This document shows, piece after piece, positions 9,835 through 18,842 of a DNA stretch of 64,000 nucleotides (position 1 is its first letter; each line of letters opens with the position of its first letter). The notes under the pieces were generated by a model. The model was not told where the DNA came from, ran no database searches, and was given only the letters and a program-made list of their open reading frames with translations. This DNA is from Candidatus Latescibacterota bacterium (GTDB lineage: Bacteria; Latescibacterota; UBA2968; UBA8231): NCBI GenBank assembly GCA_965197905.1, contig CBDAOB010000005.1:2080001-2144000 (forward strand). Direction: 5' to 3'. The position numbers were made by a program, and so were the translations under genes.

Positions 9835-10715
9835 GCCAGGTTTTGCACCTGCTCCCGCAGGCGTTCCACCTCCTCCTTGATCTCTACCACCAGGTGAGTA
9901 ACCCCGATGTCGCTGCTTTTGGAGCTGATGGTGTTCGCTTCCCTATTTATTTCCTGGAGCAAGAAATTCAACCGCCGGCCGACCTCGCCACCCTTGTCCA
10001 GCGTGGCCAGGAATTGCTGGTTGTGGCTCTCGAACCGAACGATTTCCTCCGTAATATCGGAGCGCTCGGCCACCAAAACGACTTCCATCGCCAGACGACT
10101 CTCATCAACCTCTCCGGGCCGCAACAAAACTTCCAGCCGTTCTCTCAAGCGGGATTCGACCTGTTCGCGCGTTGTTGCCCCCGCCGCGCGAATCTCACTC
10201 AGATTGCGATCGAGAGTGGCAATTCTATCGCGCAGGTCGCGCGTCAGAGCCACACCCTCCTCGGCCCGCATGGCGATAAGGGCGTCGAGCGCACCGCCAA
10301 TCGCCTTGGCAACCAGCGTGTCTAAATCGGCAGGTATGGACTCGGTCGTCGACTTGAATAGCCCGGGCAAACCGCTCACGTGTTGCAGCTCGACCTCGCC
10401 ATTCGCTGCACCCAGGTCCCGAAGCTTCTGCAACTGCGCTATATAGTTTCGCGCCATTTCCTCATCCAGCTGCGGTAGCTGGGTACCGCCGCGCTCGTCC
10501 AGCACTTCGATGGTAGCGTTGATCTTTCCACGGCCGATACGTTTCTGTATCCGCTCCTTCACCCCGCGTTCGAGCTCTTGCAGCAATTGAGGACAGCGCA
10601 GCTGAACATCACAGAACCTGCTGTTAACCGAACGCAGCTCCACCCTCACAGATACCTCCGCACCTTCGGCGAGGCCGCTGCCGTACCCGGTCATGCTGGT
10701 TACCATCGATGCCAT
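9831..10715 (-). CDS. yicC: YicC/YloC family endoribonuclease
   Basis: SMTGYG, ELRSVNSRF, DITEEIVR, GRRLNFLLQEINREANTISSK and REQVQN. Confidence 0.95.
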   Translation of the reverse strand: MASMVTSMTGYGSGLAEGAEVSVRVELRSVNSRFCDVQLRCPQLLQELERGVKERIQKRIGRGKINATIEVLDERGGTQLPQLDEEMARNYIAQLQKLRDLGAANGEVELQHVSGLPGLFKSTTESIPADLDTLVAKAIGGALDALIAMRAEEGVALTRDLRDRIATLDRNLSEIRAAGATTREQVESRLRERLEVLLRPGEVDESRLAMEVVLVAERSDITEEIVRFESHNQQFLATLDKGGEVGRRLNFLLQEINREANTISSKSSDIGVTHLVVEIKEEVERLREQVQNLA

Positions 10716-12008
10716 TCAGATCCTTTCCCTGTTCCGTGGATGCACGGCGACGTGGCGGGCGGAGGAAAATCCGGTCAGGCGAGACAGAATCTCCCCCTCC
10801 CTGGTGACCTTCCAGAGCCCTACATGGGAAACGATCCATACCCGCCCATGCGTTTCATCCACGGCAATACCGACCGCACGTTCCACCAGCTTCTCATGAA
10901 AAATCATGTTTCCGTCGCCCGAAAAAGCAGTCAAATCGGCATCGCCGGCAACCCAGCAATCTCCTGTTGTCCGATCCACATCCAGGGCCACCGCCGTAGG
11001 AAACGGCAGCGCGACATCAGTAGTTTCACCGTCGCCGGTTAACCGCAGCAGCCGGTTGCCCCGACGGTCCAAGAGCCACGCAGTCGCGTCGCTGGCTGCC
11101 ACAAGCGCTAGTGGATCCTCCAAATCGGCCCACTCCGATCGGCTCTTGTCGGCCGGTGCGTAACGCAACACCCTCCCCTCCTCGCGATCGAGAATCCAAC
11201 ACCCTCCATCGGCCGCAGCCAACGCCGCCGGATCGCTGAAACGTGCATCAACGCCGTTTACAATGAGAGAGCCGCTATCTTGTTCATCCAGCGAAAACCA
11301 GAATACGTCTCGCGTTTCTCGATCGACGACCCATCCGAGTCCACTCGCCGAATCCAGGGCGAGAGTTCCCGGCCAGACAAGAGGCTCCGACAGGGTTTGC
11401 ACCTCACCGGCGGGACTGATCCGAAACAGCCCTCCGCGTCCCGCGCTCAACCAGCAGCTACCGTCCAGATGGTCGACATCCAATGCATCAATAAAGGGAA
11501 AGCGCCCCTGCGCAAACAAGGCGTCTCGGCCATCCGGACTTATCCGCCAAACCAGACCGCTCGCCGGATCCCCGATCCAGGTGAACTCCTCCCCTGGCGT
11601 CGCCCTGCGAACCTTCGCTCCGGAGGCAGCGGGACGACCATCGCCGACGAACAGTTCGCCTTCGCCCTCCACCAACAGCGCCAGCTGGTACTCATAGGTA
11701 ATCTCGTTAACCAGCTGTGAATCGACAAAAGCGGATTCGGCCACCCCCAGGGGAGAGGCGCCATGAAGGAGAAATTCTCCCGTGGCGATCCGGCGATATA
11801 ATTGCACGCCCGACAGGTCGTCGAAACGGCTGTAGTCCCATCTGAGGGTCACCTGCCGGTCCCCTGCAATGGCTTCCAGAGGCGCTGACGACAAGGCCGG
11901 ATTCAAGGTCTCCGGATCGAGCGGATTACGATGTTTCCGGTCAGAGCATCCGGGCGAACCCAGGATTGCGGCAAGGAGGACGAGGAGACCAACGACAACG
12001 CTGATCAT
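10716..12008 (-). CDS. putative lipoprotein, FN3-like domain plus NHL-like beta-propeller
   Basis: Hydrophobic leader ending PGC, RNPLDP, an FN3-like segment, and repeated LAVD..G..WV blades. Confidence 0.65.
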   Translation of the reverse strand: MISVVVGLLVLLAAILGSPGCSDRKHRNPLDPETLNPALSSAPLEAIAGDRQVTLRWDYSRFDDLSGVQLYRRIATGEFLLHGASPLGVAESAFVDSQLVNEITYEYQLALLVEGEGELFVGDGRPAASGAKVRRATPGEEFTWIGDPASGLVWRISPDGRDALFAQGRFPFIDALDVDHLDGSCWLSAGRGGLFRISPAGEVQTLSEPLVWPGTLALDSASGLGWVVDRETRDVFWFSLDEQDSGSLIVNGVDARFSDPAALAAADGGCWILDREEGRVLRYAPADKSRSEWADLEDPLALVAASDATAWLLDRRGNRLLRLTGDGETTDVALPFPTAVALDVDRTTGDCWVAGDADLTAFSGDGNMIFHEKLVERAVGIAVDETHGRVWIVSHVGLWKVTREGEILSRLTGFSSARHVAVHPRNRERI

Positions 12009-12475
12009 GGACTCTCGCTCTCCGGCGCGAATACGGCGAGGTAAATAGTGATCGCTAGACCGGCCTCCATCCCCAAGAATGCGGCTCCGGCAATGCGATC
12101 GTAGCGCTCGGCCCGTTGAAACAACTTTCGTTGGCGCCGCACGCTGGCCGCACCCAGGTACGCCTTATACGCGTCGTCGGCCTCGCGTTTGGTCCAGTAG
12201 GCCACCAATCCCGATCCAACCGCGAGGATGGCGGATGCGTAAAGCCTGCTGATACGGCGTCGACCCCGGTCCAAGGCGCGCGAGTCCGCCGCTTTTGCGT
12301 CAAGATTGCGCATGACTGGGGGTGCCTCCACATGAACCCGGGGCGAAACACGCGCGAGATCTATTGAATCTGCGCCGGATTGCATGGCACCGGCGATCAA
12401 AACGAAAGCGGCGCAGACCAGCCGCGCGCTACCGCTGGGCGAATCCATAGAGGGTCTTTTTCTCGCTGGCAACAC
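12005..12475 (-). CDS. hypothetical membrane/exported protein
   Basis: Operon position with overlaps to both neighbours; hydrophobic segments; start uncertain. Confidence 0.55.
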   Translation of the reverse strand: MLPARKRPSMDSPSGSARLVCAAFVLIAGAMQSGADSIDLARVSPRVHVEAPPVMRNLDAKAADSRALDRGRRRISRLYASAILAVGSGLVAYWTKREADDAYKAYLGAASVRRQRKLFQRAERYDRIAGAAFLGMEAGLAITIYLAVFAPESESP

Positions 12476-13517
12476 TGACGATCTGGCGGCCGACCAAGAC
12501 CGGGGTCACGGCCGGCCCGTCCAATCTGTACTTCCATACAACTTTGCCCGAGTCGATTTCAAGCGCATATATGTGATAGTCCGAACCGGCGCAATAGACC
12601 GTCCGGTCCGTCGCCGTTGGGCCTCCGATAAACACACCTTTGCTCTCGAACCTCCATTTAATGGCACCGGTGGAAGCATCAAGGCTGTAGACCCCGCGAT
12701 CGGACGACCCAACCATCAGGTAACCTCTGCTCAGCGCCATAGCGCGGGTGGGCAACCCTTCGATACGTTGCTGCCAAACCACCACTCCGTCCGTTGTCAG
12801 CGCGGCGATCTGCCCCTGACCGCTGGCAACGAACACCATCGTGTCCGATATGACCGGACGGGATCGGGCACCGGCATCCAATCGATGCCTCCACAGCACC
12901 GCGCCGCTTCCCGCATCGATCGCCACGACGCCGGACTCCGTGCCGATGATTGTTATCCCATCGCCTGACGCGGGAGCTGTCCGCAACCGGGCCCCAACTT
13001 CGGCACGCCAGAGCTCAGCCCCGTCGCCGAGCCGCAACGACCACAGGGTGCCCTCATCCTCGGCTGCGAGTACTGTGTCGGCACGGACGCTGGGCGGAAG
13101 ACAGCTGTTCAACCTCCGAGACCACAGACGCTTTCCACTTGTCGCATGATGCGCCTGAAGTTTCGGTTTGCCGCCCAGCTGAGAGAAGATGAAGACGGAG
13201 TCGGCCACAACCGGTGTCGCGCAGGAGGGATCTTCGTGTCGGCGTCGTCCGCGCAGCTCACCCGTTCTTCGATCAAAAGCGAACAAGGAGGGTTCGGTGG
13301 TGAGCTGCAACAAGGTATTGCCGTGGAGCATCGCGCCGCCCAGAGGCGCACCATCCAGCTTCGCGGTCCAGGCCAGCTGCAAGGGAGGATCAACAGCGTC
13401 CCTTCCTGCGAAACCTCCCGCAGCGAGCGCGACGCCCGGTTCCGTCGCCATGCGGAACGCTCGTTCGCTGCAACCAGCGAGCCAGATGGACAAGACGAGT
13501 GACAGTATTGACGCCAT
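12429..13517 (-). CDS. PQQ-like beta-propeller lipoprotein (BamB-like)
   Basis: Start reassigned to ATG 13517, giving the lipobox LAGC; repeated A.D..TG..KW blades. Confidence 0.8.
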   Translation of the reverse strand: MASILSLVLSIWLAGCSERAFRMATEPGVALAAGGFAGRDAVDPPLQLAWTAKLDGAPLGGAMLHGNTLLQLTTEPSLFAFDRRTGELRGRRRHEDPSCATPVVADSVFIFSQLGGKPKLQAHHATSGKRLWSRRLNSCLPPSVRADTVLAAEDEGTLWSLRLGDGAELWRAEVGARLRTAPASGDGITIIGTESGVVAIDAGSGAVLWRHRLDAGARSRPVISDTMVFVASGQGQIAALTTDGVVVWQQRIEGLPTRAMALSRGYLMVGSSDRGVYSLDASTGAIKWRFESKGVFIGGPTATDRTVYCAGSDYHIYALEIDSGKVVWKYRLDGPAVTPVLVGRQIVSVASEKKTLYGFAQR

Positions 13518-13533
13518 AGAGGCTCGTGGGGTG

Positions 13534-16350
13534 CTAGTAGTCCCAGCCGAAGAAAAAATCCCACTGCGTGTCGTTCTCGACCGACTTGAAATCGGTTCTC
13601 CGAGAGGCGTCAAGGCGAAGAACGAAAAAACCTCCTAACGCAACTCGAGTACCTGCACCAATACTGCCCTTGATTTCGTCGAACTCTCTTGACCAGGCGT
13701 TTCCGGCGTCGACAAACAGGGCGCCTCGCAAGGCGCTGAGTTCCATGCCTCCTATCGGAAGGTCGAGACGGAGACTATGCAGCAACGGAAAACGCAGTTC
13801 GGCGTTGGATAGCAGCAGCTTGCTCCCCCACAACGATCTCCAGCCGTATCCGCGAAGGGTCCAGCTGCCGCCCATCGAGAACAGTTCGGGGACATCACCG
13901 TCGCTGCGACGGGCCATTAGCCGCAGCGCCAAGGCGCTGGTGCGCGATAAACGTAGATAGTGCCTGAGATCCCCGAAAAGGGTGACGTTGAATCGTCCGG
14001 AACTCTTGAAATCCACCGTTTGCGCCAAACCAGCGCTGTATCTGGTCCCTGCGAGAGGTCCGGTCGGAATCCAAAAACTGCTGTCGTGCGTGAAGCTGAT
14101 GAAGTTAGTCGCCAGCCAGCCTTTCAACGGTCGCCCTTCGAAGTCTCGATCGATATCGGCGTGCCGCAGAGACAATCGGGTATCCAGTCGGTCGAACTTG
14201 GTGAAGGGATAACTGATCTCGAGATTGCCGCCTACCCTCTTCTCCCGCACGAACCGTCCGAAATTGCTGCTGAAACGGTCGTTTAAGCGAAAGAGACTCC
14301 AGGTTACGTTGACCTGGCGACCCAAATGCTGGCGTCCCAACGCTAGATTCATACCACTGAACAGATCGCTGTTTCCGGAAATGTGGGAAACGATTAGGAA
14401 GAACCGATCATTTCCGAGAACGTCGCTCATACCCAGCTGAATACCGCCGGAGGTGCCGAACTCCGGATCCTGCGCGATCTGGCTCTGGGCGATATCGAGG
14501 GACAGGCTCCTCTTGTACTCCCTTGCGAGAAGACCGCCCGCGCTCAGTGACTCCAATCTCCAGGGCTCGGGATCGAGGGAAGGTTGTGCAGCAGGAGGTG
14601 TGCTATCGTTGACAGCAACCTGCTGCCGGTAGATGTGGAAACGTCCGCTTTCGAACCCGGAGAAAAAGACGCTGTTCCCGTCGGGTGACCAGACGGGATC
14701 GAAGAGCCCCGTGAGGGTGCGGGTCAACCGTTGGGTAACGAACCCATCCTTGCTTCGGGACGCACCCTCCAGGGAGTAGAGATTGAATGCTCCGTCGCGG
14801 TCAGAGCTGAAGACGAGCCGCTCGCCGTCCGCGGACCAATCTGGGAAGAGATCGTTTTGGGAGCCGTTCGTGAGGTTGCGTACCTCGCCCGCCTCGAAGT
14901 CGTATGCGAACAGGTTGTACAGACCGTCCCGTCCCCCGGGCCAGCGGTCGGAGCTGAAAGCGATCCACCTGCCGTCGGGAGACCAGTCTGGATCCCGATC
15001 GTGGAAGATATCGTCGGTAAGATCAGAGCACTCTCCGGTTTCGACATGAACGATGAAGAGATCGGCTTTTCCGCCTTCCCTGGCACCGGAAAAAACAATC
15101 CGATCTGCCGTTGGCGACCAGGTAGGAGAGGTTATGGAAATGACACCGTCGAATCCCAGGCTTTTGATCTGTCTCCGGTTAACGAGATCCCATATGTAGA
15201 GCCGGTCCCGTCCGCCGCTCTTTGCGGAAAAGGCCAGCAGGTTGCCGTCGGCAGATACCGCCGGTTTGGTGACCAGAGGATGCAGCGCCTCGAATTCTGC
15301 CGAGCGTTCTCCTTCGACCACCACGTGCAGTTCGCTTCCGTCTGTGGAGACCGACGCGATTTCCGTAAACCCTTGATGATTCCTGAAGAAGACGAGGCGG
15401 AGGTTCTCTTCGTCGCGCCCGACAATCTGTGGTTTGACGTTGAATCCGCTGCGAGTGATCGGCGTCCCGGTTTGGCTCGGCGGATCGCTGGAGGCGATGT
15501 CCGGCAGGTACTCCTTCTCGGTACGATAGCGCCAATCCTCGTCCAATTTACTCAGGGGATCTCCGGTGGTCAGCTCGAAGACCGCGGCGAAACTCTCGTT
15601 GCGCCACCAGTTCTCCAGCAGGCGATTAAAAATGTCTTCTCCGTACGCTTCGGCCATGTAGGCACAGATCGACTCCCCTTGCTTGTAGAGCTGAAAGGTG
15701 CCATGCAGAATGTGGATACGCTGCAGCGGAGCCAGGCGGCGGGAGAACAGAGCGTCTCTGACGATCATTTCCCCGTAGCTGTTCCACGAGTCAGACCAGT
15801 ACTCGGCAAGACCTTCGGAGAACCACAACGGCGCCGGCCAGAAGTCGGAAATACCGTGCCGCCGACTCACCTGTTGGATCTTGTCGAAGGTGAACACGTG
15901 AACCAGTTCGTGGCGCAGGACCCGTTCAAATTCCGGGAACGAACCGCTCAATGGCAGCACCACCCTGCCCTTGAGGAACTCGGTAAACCCCGCCACTCCC
16001 TCCGGAAGGAGATTCGGAATGATATTGGTCTGCTCGAAGTATATGTGAGAGGAATAGAGTATCAGCGGAATCCGACGCTGCACCGTGTGACCCAGCTTGC
16101 GCTCCAGCTCCACGTAGCCGAACTCCGCCATCTGTGCCGCGTATCCCGCCAGCTCCACCTCGGACTCGTAGAAGTAGATGTCGAAATGCTCCGTCTGCAT
16201 CTCGAGCCACTCGAAGTGGGCGTACTGCACCTTGTTCTTGCCGAAGTGATAGAACTGACCGCCGGCGGTGTCGACGAAAAGCAGGCTCGCCAACACCAGG
16301 AGGGTGAGAGGAGGAGCAGACGAGATCGCGGGTCGTGCGCTTTTCCGCAA
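13534..16350 (-). CDS. Omp85-family outer-membrane protein with N-terminal gluzincin peptidase-like and PD40/TolB-like domains
   Basis: Signal peptide, FGKNKVQY, HELVH..WFSEGLAEY, P.WSPDG repeats, LRGY, ELRFP, FVDAGNAW and an aromatic C-terminus. Confidence 0.85.
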   Translation of the reverse strand: MRKSARPAISSAPPLTLLVLASLLFVDTAGGQFYHFGKNKVQYAHFEWLEMQTEHFDIYFYESEVELAGYAAQMAEFGYVELERKLGHTVQRRIPLILYSSHIYFEQTNIIPNLLPEGVAGFTEFLKGRVVLPLSGSFPEFERVLRHELVHVFTFDKIQQVSRRHGISDFWPAPLWFSEGLAEYWSDSWNSYGEMIVRDALFSRRLAPLQRIHILHGTFQLYKQGESICAYMAEAYGEDIFNRLLENWWRNESFAAVFELTTGDPLSKLDEDWRYRTEKEYLPDIASSDPPSQTGTPITRSGFNVKPQIVGRDEENLRLVFFRNHQGFTEIASVSTDGSELHVVVEGERSAEFEALHPLVTKPAVSADGNLLAFSAKSGGRDRLYIWDLVNRRQIKSLGFDGVISITSPTWSPTADRIVFSGAREGGKADLFIVHVETGECSDLTDDIFHDRDPDWSPDGRWIAFSSDRWPGGRDGLYNLFAYDFEAGEVRNLTNGSQNDLFPDWSADGERLVFSSDRDGAFNLYSLEGASRSKDGFVTQRLTRTLTGLFDPVWSPDGNSVFFSGFESGRFHIYRQQVAVNDSTPPAAQPSLDPEPWRLESLSAGGLLAREYKRSLSLDIAQSQIAQDPEFGTSGGIQLGMSDVLGNDRFFLIVSHISGNSDLFSGMNLALGRQHLGRQVNVTWSLFRLNDRFSSNFGRFVREKRVGGNLEISYPFTKFDRLDTRLSLRHADIDRDFEGRPLKGWLATNFISFTHDSSFWIPTGPLAGTRYSAGLAQTVDFKSSGRFNVTLFGDLRHYLRLSRTSALALRLMARRSDGDVPELFSMGGSWTLRGYGWRSLWGSKLLLSNAELRFPLLHSLRLDLPIGGMELSALRGALFVDAGNAWSREFDEIKGSIGAGTRVALGGFFVLRLDASRRTDFKSVENDTQWDFFFGWDY

Positions 16351-16360
16351 GATGTTACTT

Positions 16361-17428
16361 CTATTTGAGAAAACCGCCGAACGGTTTGCTGTCAGCTGCT
16401 ATCGGTCTTCGTATTTCCACTTCGCGTCCAGCACTCAAGCCGTCGGAGTAAGCGACGCTCGAGCGGACGCCGCGTCCATAGCTGGTTACGACTCGGGGAT
16501 TGATGTGGCGATAGAACTGTTTGAGCCGGTCATCACCTTGCCAAACCAGAGCCTGCTCCCCACACCTCTTCCGGTTCTGCTCGACCAGCTTGTGGTAGAA
16601 CCCTTCGAGCACGCCGGCGTAATACCTTTGACGCTCTCTGTTGCCGTTGAGTTGCTGATCACAGCGGTACTGCTGCCACAGTCGGTCGATAAGCTGGCTC
16701 AGATATGCGTAGACGTAGGCCGCCATTTCGAGATTGGTAGGCGTGCCATAGACCTGCAGCACGGTTCCACTCTTGTCCCGCCCCGCATCGTAGGTTTTCG
16801 CCCACAACACCTCCACGAAAAAGAACTCGTGTAGAATCATCGCCATCCATAGTTCGAAGGAGGCTCGACGTCCCTTGATCGGACCGAGACTGCGCACTGC
16901 AAAGTTCCGATCCCGATCGAGCTCGACCATATCGATGTTGTACTGGAGCAGAAGCAGCTGCGCCTTTTTTACGGCACTCTCTGCTTCGTGTTCATTCGGG
17001 CTGGAGGTGAGCGACAGAATCTTCTTGAGCACGCGGAGCACGCGCTCGTCTTGCGCCCCTGCAATGGAAAGACCCGCTCCATCTGGGTCGCAGCGCAGCT
17101 GGTCGCATGCCGCCGCGAAGGTCGCTCCATGTGGTTTCGCGCGAACCGGGCGCAGATGCTCGTCGACGTACTGGTGGGCCATCTCGTGGCGCAAGGTCTC
17201 CATGACCACCAGCCATGGCTCGCTTTCGATATGGGGGGCGGAGATGCTCAAGCGGCGGGTTCGAGGTTCCCAATGACCCCACTCGGAGGAGGCGATGCTA
17301 AGCGAGATGAGCGGCGGACGCAGGACCCCGTCTAGGTACTCCTCATTGTAGTGGCGCCACCAGACAGCAAGCTTGCGTACCCATGCGGTGTGCAGCTGCG
17401 CGCGCAGCTCTTCCCCTTCGGACCGCAT
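16361..17428 (-). CDS. SprT-like metalloprotease with DUF2786 domain
   Basis: LRHEMAHQ, PHG..F and KKILSL.SSPNEHEAESA..KA..LL; start reassigned to ATG 17428. Confidence 0.8.
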   Translation of the reverse strand: MRSEGEELRAQLHTAWVRKLAVWWRHYNEEYLDGVLRPPLISLSIASSEWGHWEPRTRRLSISAPHIESEPWLVVMETLRHEMAHQYVDEHLRPVRAKPHGATFAAACDQLRCDPDGAGLSIAGAQDERVLRVLKKILSLTSSPNEHEAESAVKKAQLLLLQYNIDMVELDRDRNFAVRSLGPIKGRRASFELWMAMILHEFFFVEVLWAKTYDAGRDKSGTVLQVYGTPTNLEMAAYVYAYLSQLIDRLWQQYRCDQQLNGNRERQRYYAGVLEGFYHKLVEQNRKRCGEQALVWQGDDRLKQFYRHINPRVVTSYGRGVRSSVAYSDGLSAGREVEIRRPIAADSKPFGGFLK

Positions 17429-17430
17429 TC

Positions 17431-18303
17431 TCAACGCATGGTTTTTATGAACGATCCACTGAACGTTCCGCGGGCGACTTCGGCGACAGGCCCCTGCATC
17501 GTCAGGTTGAACTGTTCGTCCAGGTCGATATGCAGGGTTCCTCCCGGGGATTTTACCGCCACCGGTCCACGGACGAGGCCGAGCCTCACCGCAGCGCTGG
17601 CGGCAGCGCAAGAGGAGGAACCGGACGCTTGGGTTTCACCCGCTCCGCGCTCCCAGATCTGGATAAAGATTGACCTGGGACCCACGGGAACGGCGAGCTG
17701 AACGTTGATTCGCCGCGGGAAGTAAGGATGATTCTCCAGCTGCGGTCCTAACCTGAGCAACTCGTCCCTGCTCCATCGGGCTCCTTTTGGCCGAAAGATC
17801 ACGCAGTGGGGATTGCCCACGCTCACACCGGTAAAACGAAACTTCTCGCCCCCTGTCTCGATCGGTTGATCGATCAACTCCGGAACCCTGAGTACACAAG
17901 GTAGATCGGGTGGGGCAAACGATGCGGTTCCCATGGCTACTGTCGCACTACTGGGCTCGTCGTCGTCGTCGAGGTGCAGATCCACGGCCACCATCCCACC
18001 TTTGGTTTCAACGGTGAATTGACGGCGACGGGTCCGACGGGTGGCGAACAGAAAACGTGCGAAAATACGTAACCCGTTTCCCGACTTTTCCGCTTCGCTC
18101 CCATCGGGATTGTAGATACGCAGTCCGAAATCCGCCCGCCGAGATCGGTTGAGAGCCAGTATCCCGTCACTTCCCACGCCCCAGTTGCGGTCACAGATCT
18201 TGCGAATGTTCCCGGGTGTCAGGCGGAACTCCAACTCTTCGGGATCCACCGCGATATAGTCGTTGCCCAGTCCGTGACCTTTGAAAAATCGGTTATTCGC
18301 CAC
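17431..18303 (-). CDS. dapF: diaminopimelate epimerase-like protein (Ser/Ser variant)
   Basis: FFKGHGLGNDY, GSDG, YNPDGSEAEKSGNG, GNPH and ERGAGETQASGS; GAGG RBS. Confidence 0.85.
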   Translation of the reverse strand: MANNRFFKGHGLGNDYIAVDPEELEFRLTPGNIRKICDRNWGVGSDGILALNRSRRADFGLRIYNPDGSEAEKSGNGLRIFARFLFATRRTRRRQFTVETKGGMVAVDLHLDDDDEPSSATVAMGTASFAPPDLPCVLRVPELIDQPIETGGEKFRFTGVSVGNPHCVIFRPKGARWSRDELLRLGPQLENHPYFPRRINVQLAVPVGPRSIFIQIWERGAGETQASGSSSCAAASAAVRLGLVRGPVAVKSPGGTLHIDLDEQFNLTMQGPVAEVARGTFSGSFIKTMR

Positions 18304-18338
18304 TCCCCTACACCTCGTGTTTCAACTTGATTTCTTTG

Positions 18339-18366
18339 AACTTAGAAAGATGCCGACAACTGTCAA
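18339..18366 (-). promoter_or_regulatory. candidate sigma70 promoter of the dapF operon
   Basis: TTGACA-N16-TAAGTT on the minus strand in AT-rich DNA upstream of dapF. Confidence 0.4.
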
Positions 18367-18509
18367 CTGTTTTCCAAAGTCACTAATCACATATACTTAT
18401 GAAAGGGAGGGAATGCATACGAACGTGTTCCCCTACCGGAGAGAAAAGCCATTTCATGGATCTTCGTTCGTCTGCATTCTGTCAGATGCACGTCAGATGT
18501 TAGCGACGC

Positions 18510-18670
18510 TCAATTGCTCATTGAGCGATTCACAGCCGCCGCATGATCGTCGGGAAACAGATGAGAGTAAATGTCCAGCGTCATTGAGGCCGTGGCATGT
18601 CGCATCTGCTTCTGGACAGCTTTGACATTCTCCCCCCGCGAGATCATCAAGGATGCGGTGGTGTGACCGG
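18510..18670 (-). pseudogene. tyrosine recombinase/integrase C-terminal remnant
   Basis: HTTASLMISRGENVKAVQKQMRHATASMTLDIYSHL matches box II including the catalytic Tyr; the rest of the gene is missing. Confidence 0.75.
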
Positions 18671-18842
18671 TGACATGCTGCCGGACGCGTCGAGCTCGAC
18701 GATCCCTTTCAGCGTTTTCAGGGAATTCGATTCGTGGCAATTCTTTGTGCGCGGGCTTGTGGATTCACCGAGTTTGGGCGCGTGATCTTGAGACGCACGT
18801 CGATAAAATGGTCGCGAAGGCGAACTTCAGTAACAGCAAATA

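Noticed and set aside
14731..16368. 545-aa plus-strand ORF and similar long antisense ORFs (1329-2258, 6502-7521, 27321-28235, 52756-54138)
   Set aside because: They lie antisense to well-supported genes and are expected shadows of high-GC codon usage.
18409..18527. Short hairpins near the integrase remnant (e.g. CGCTCAAT/ATTGAGCG)
   Set aside because: Too short to separate from chance, with no partner site and no tRNA fold.
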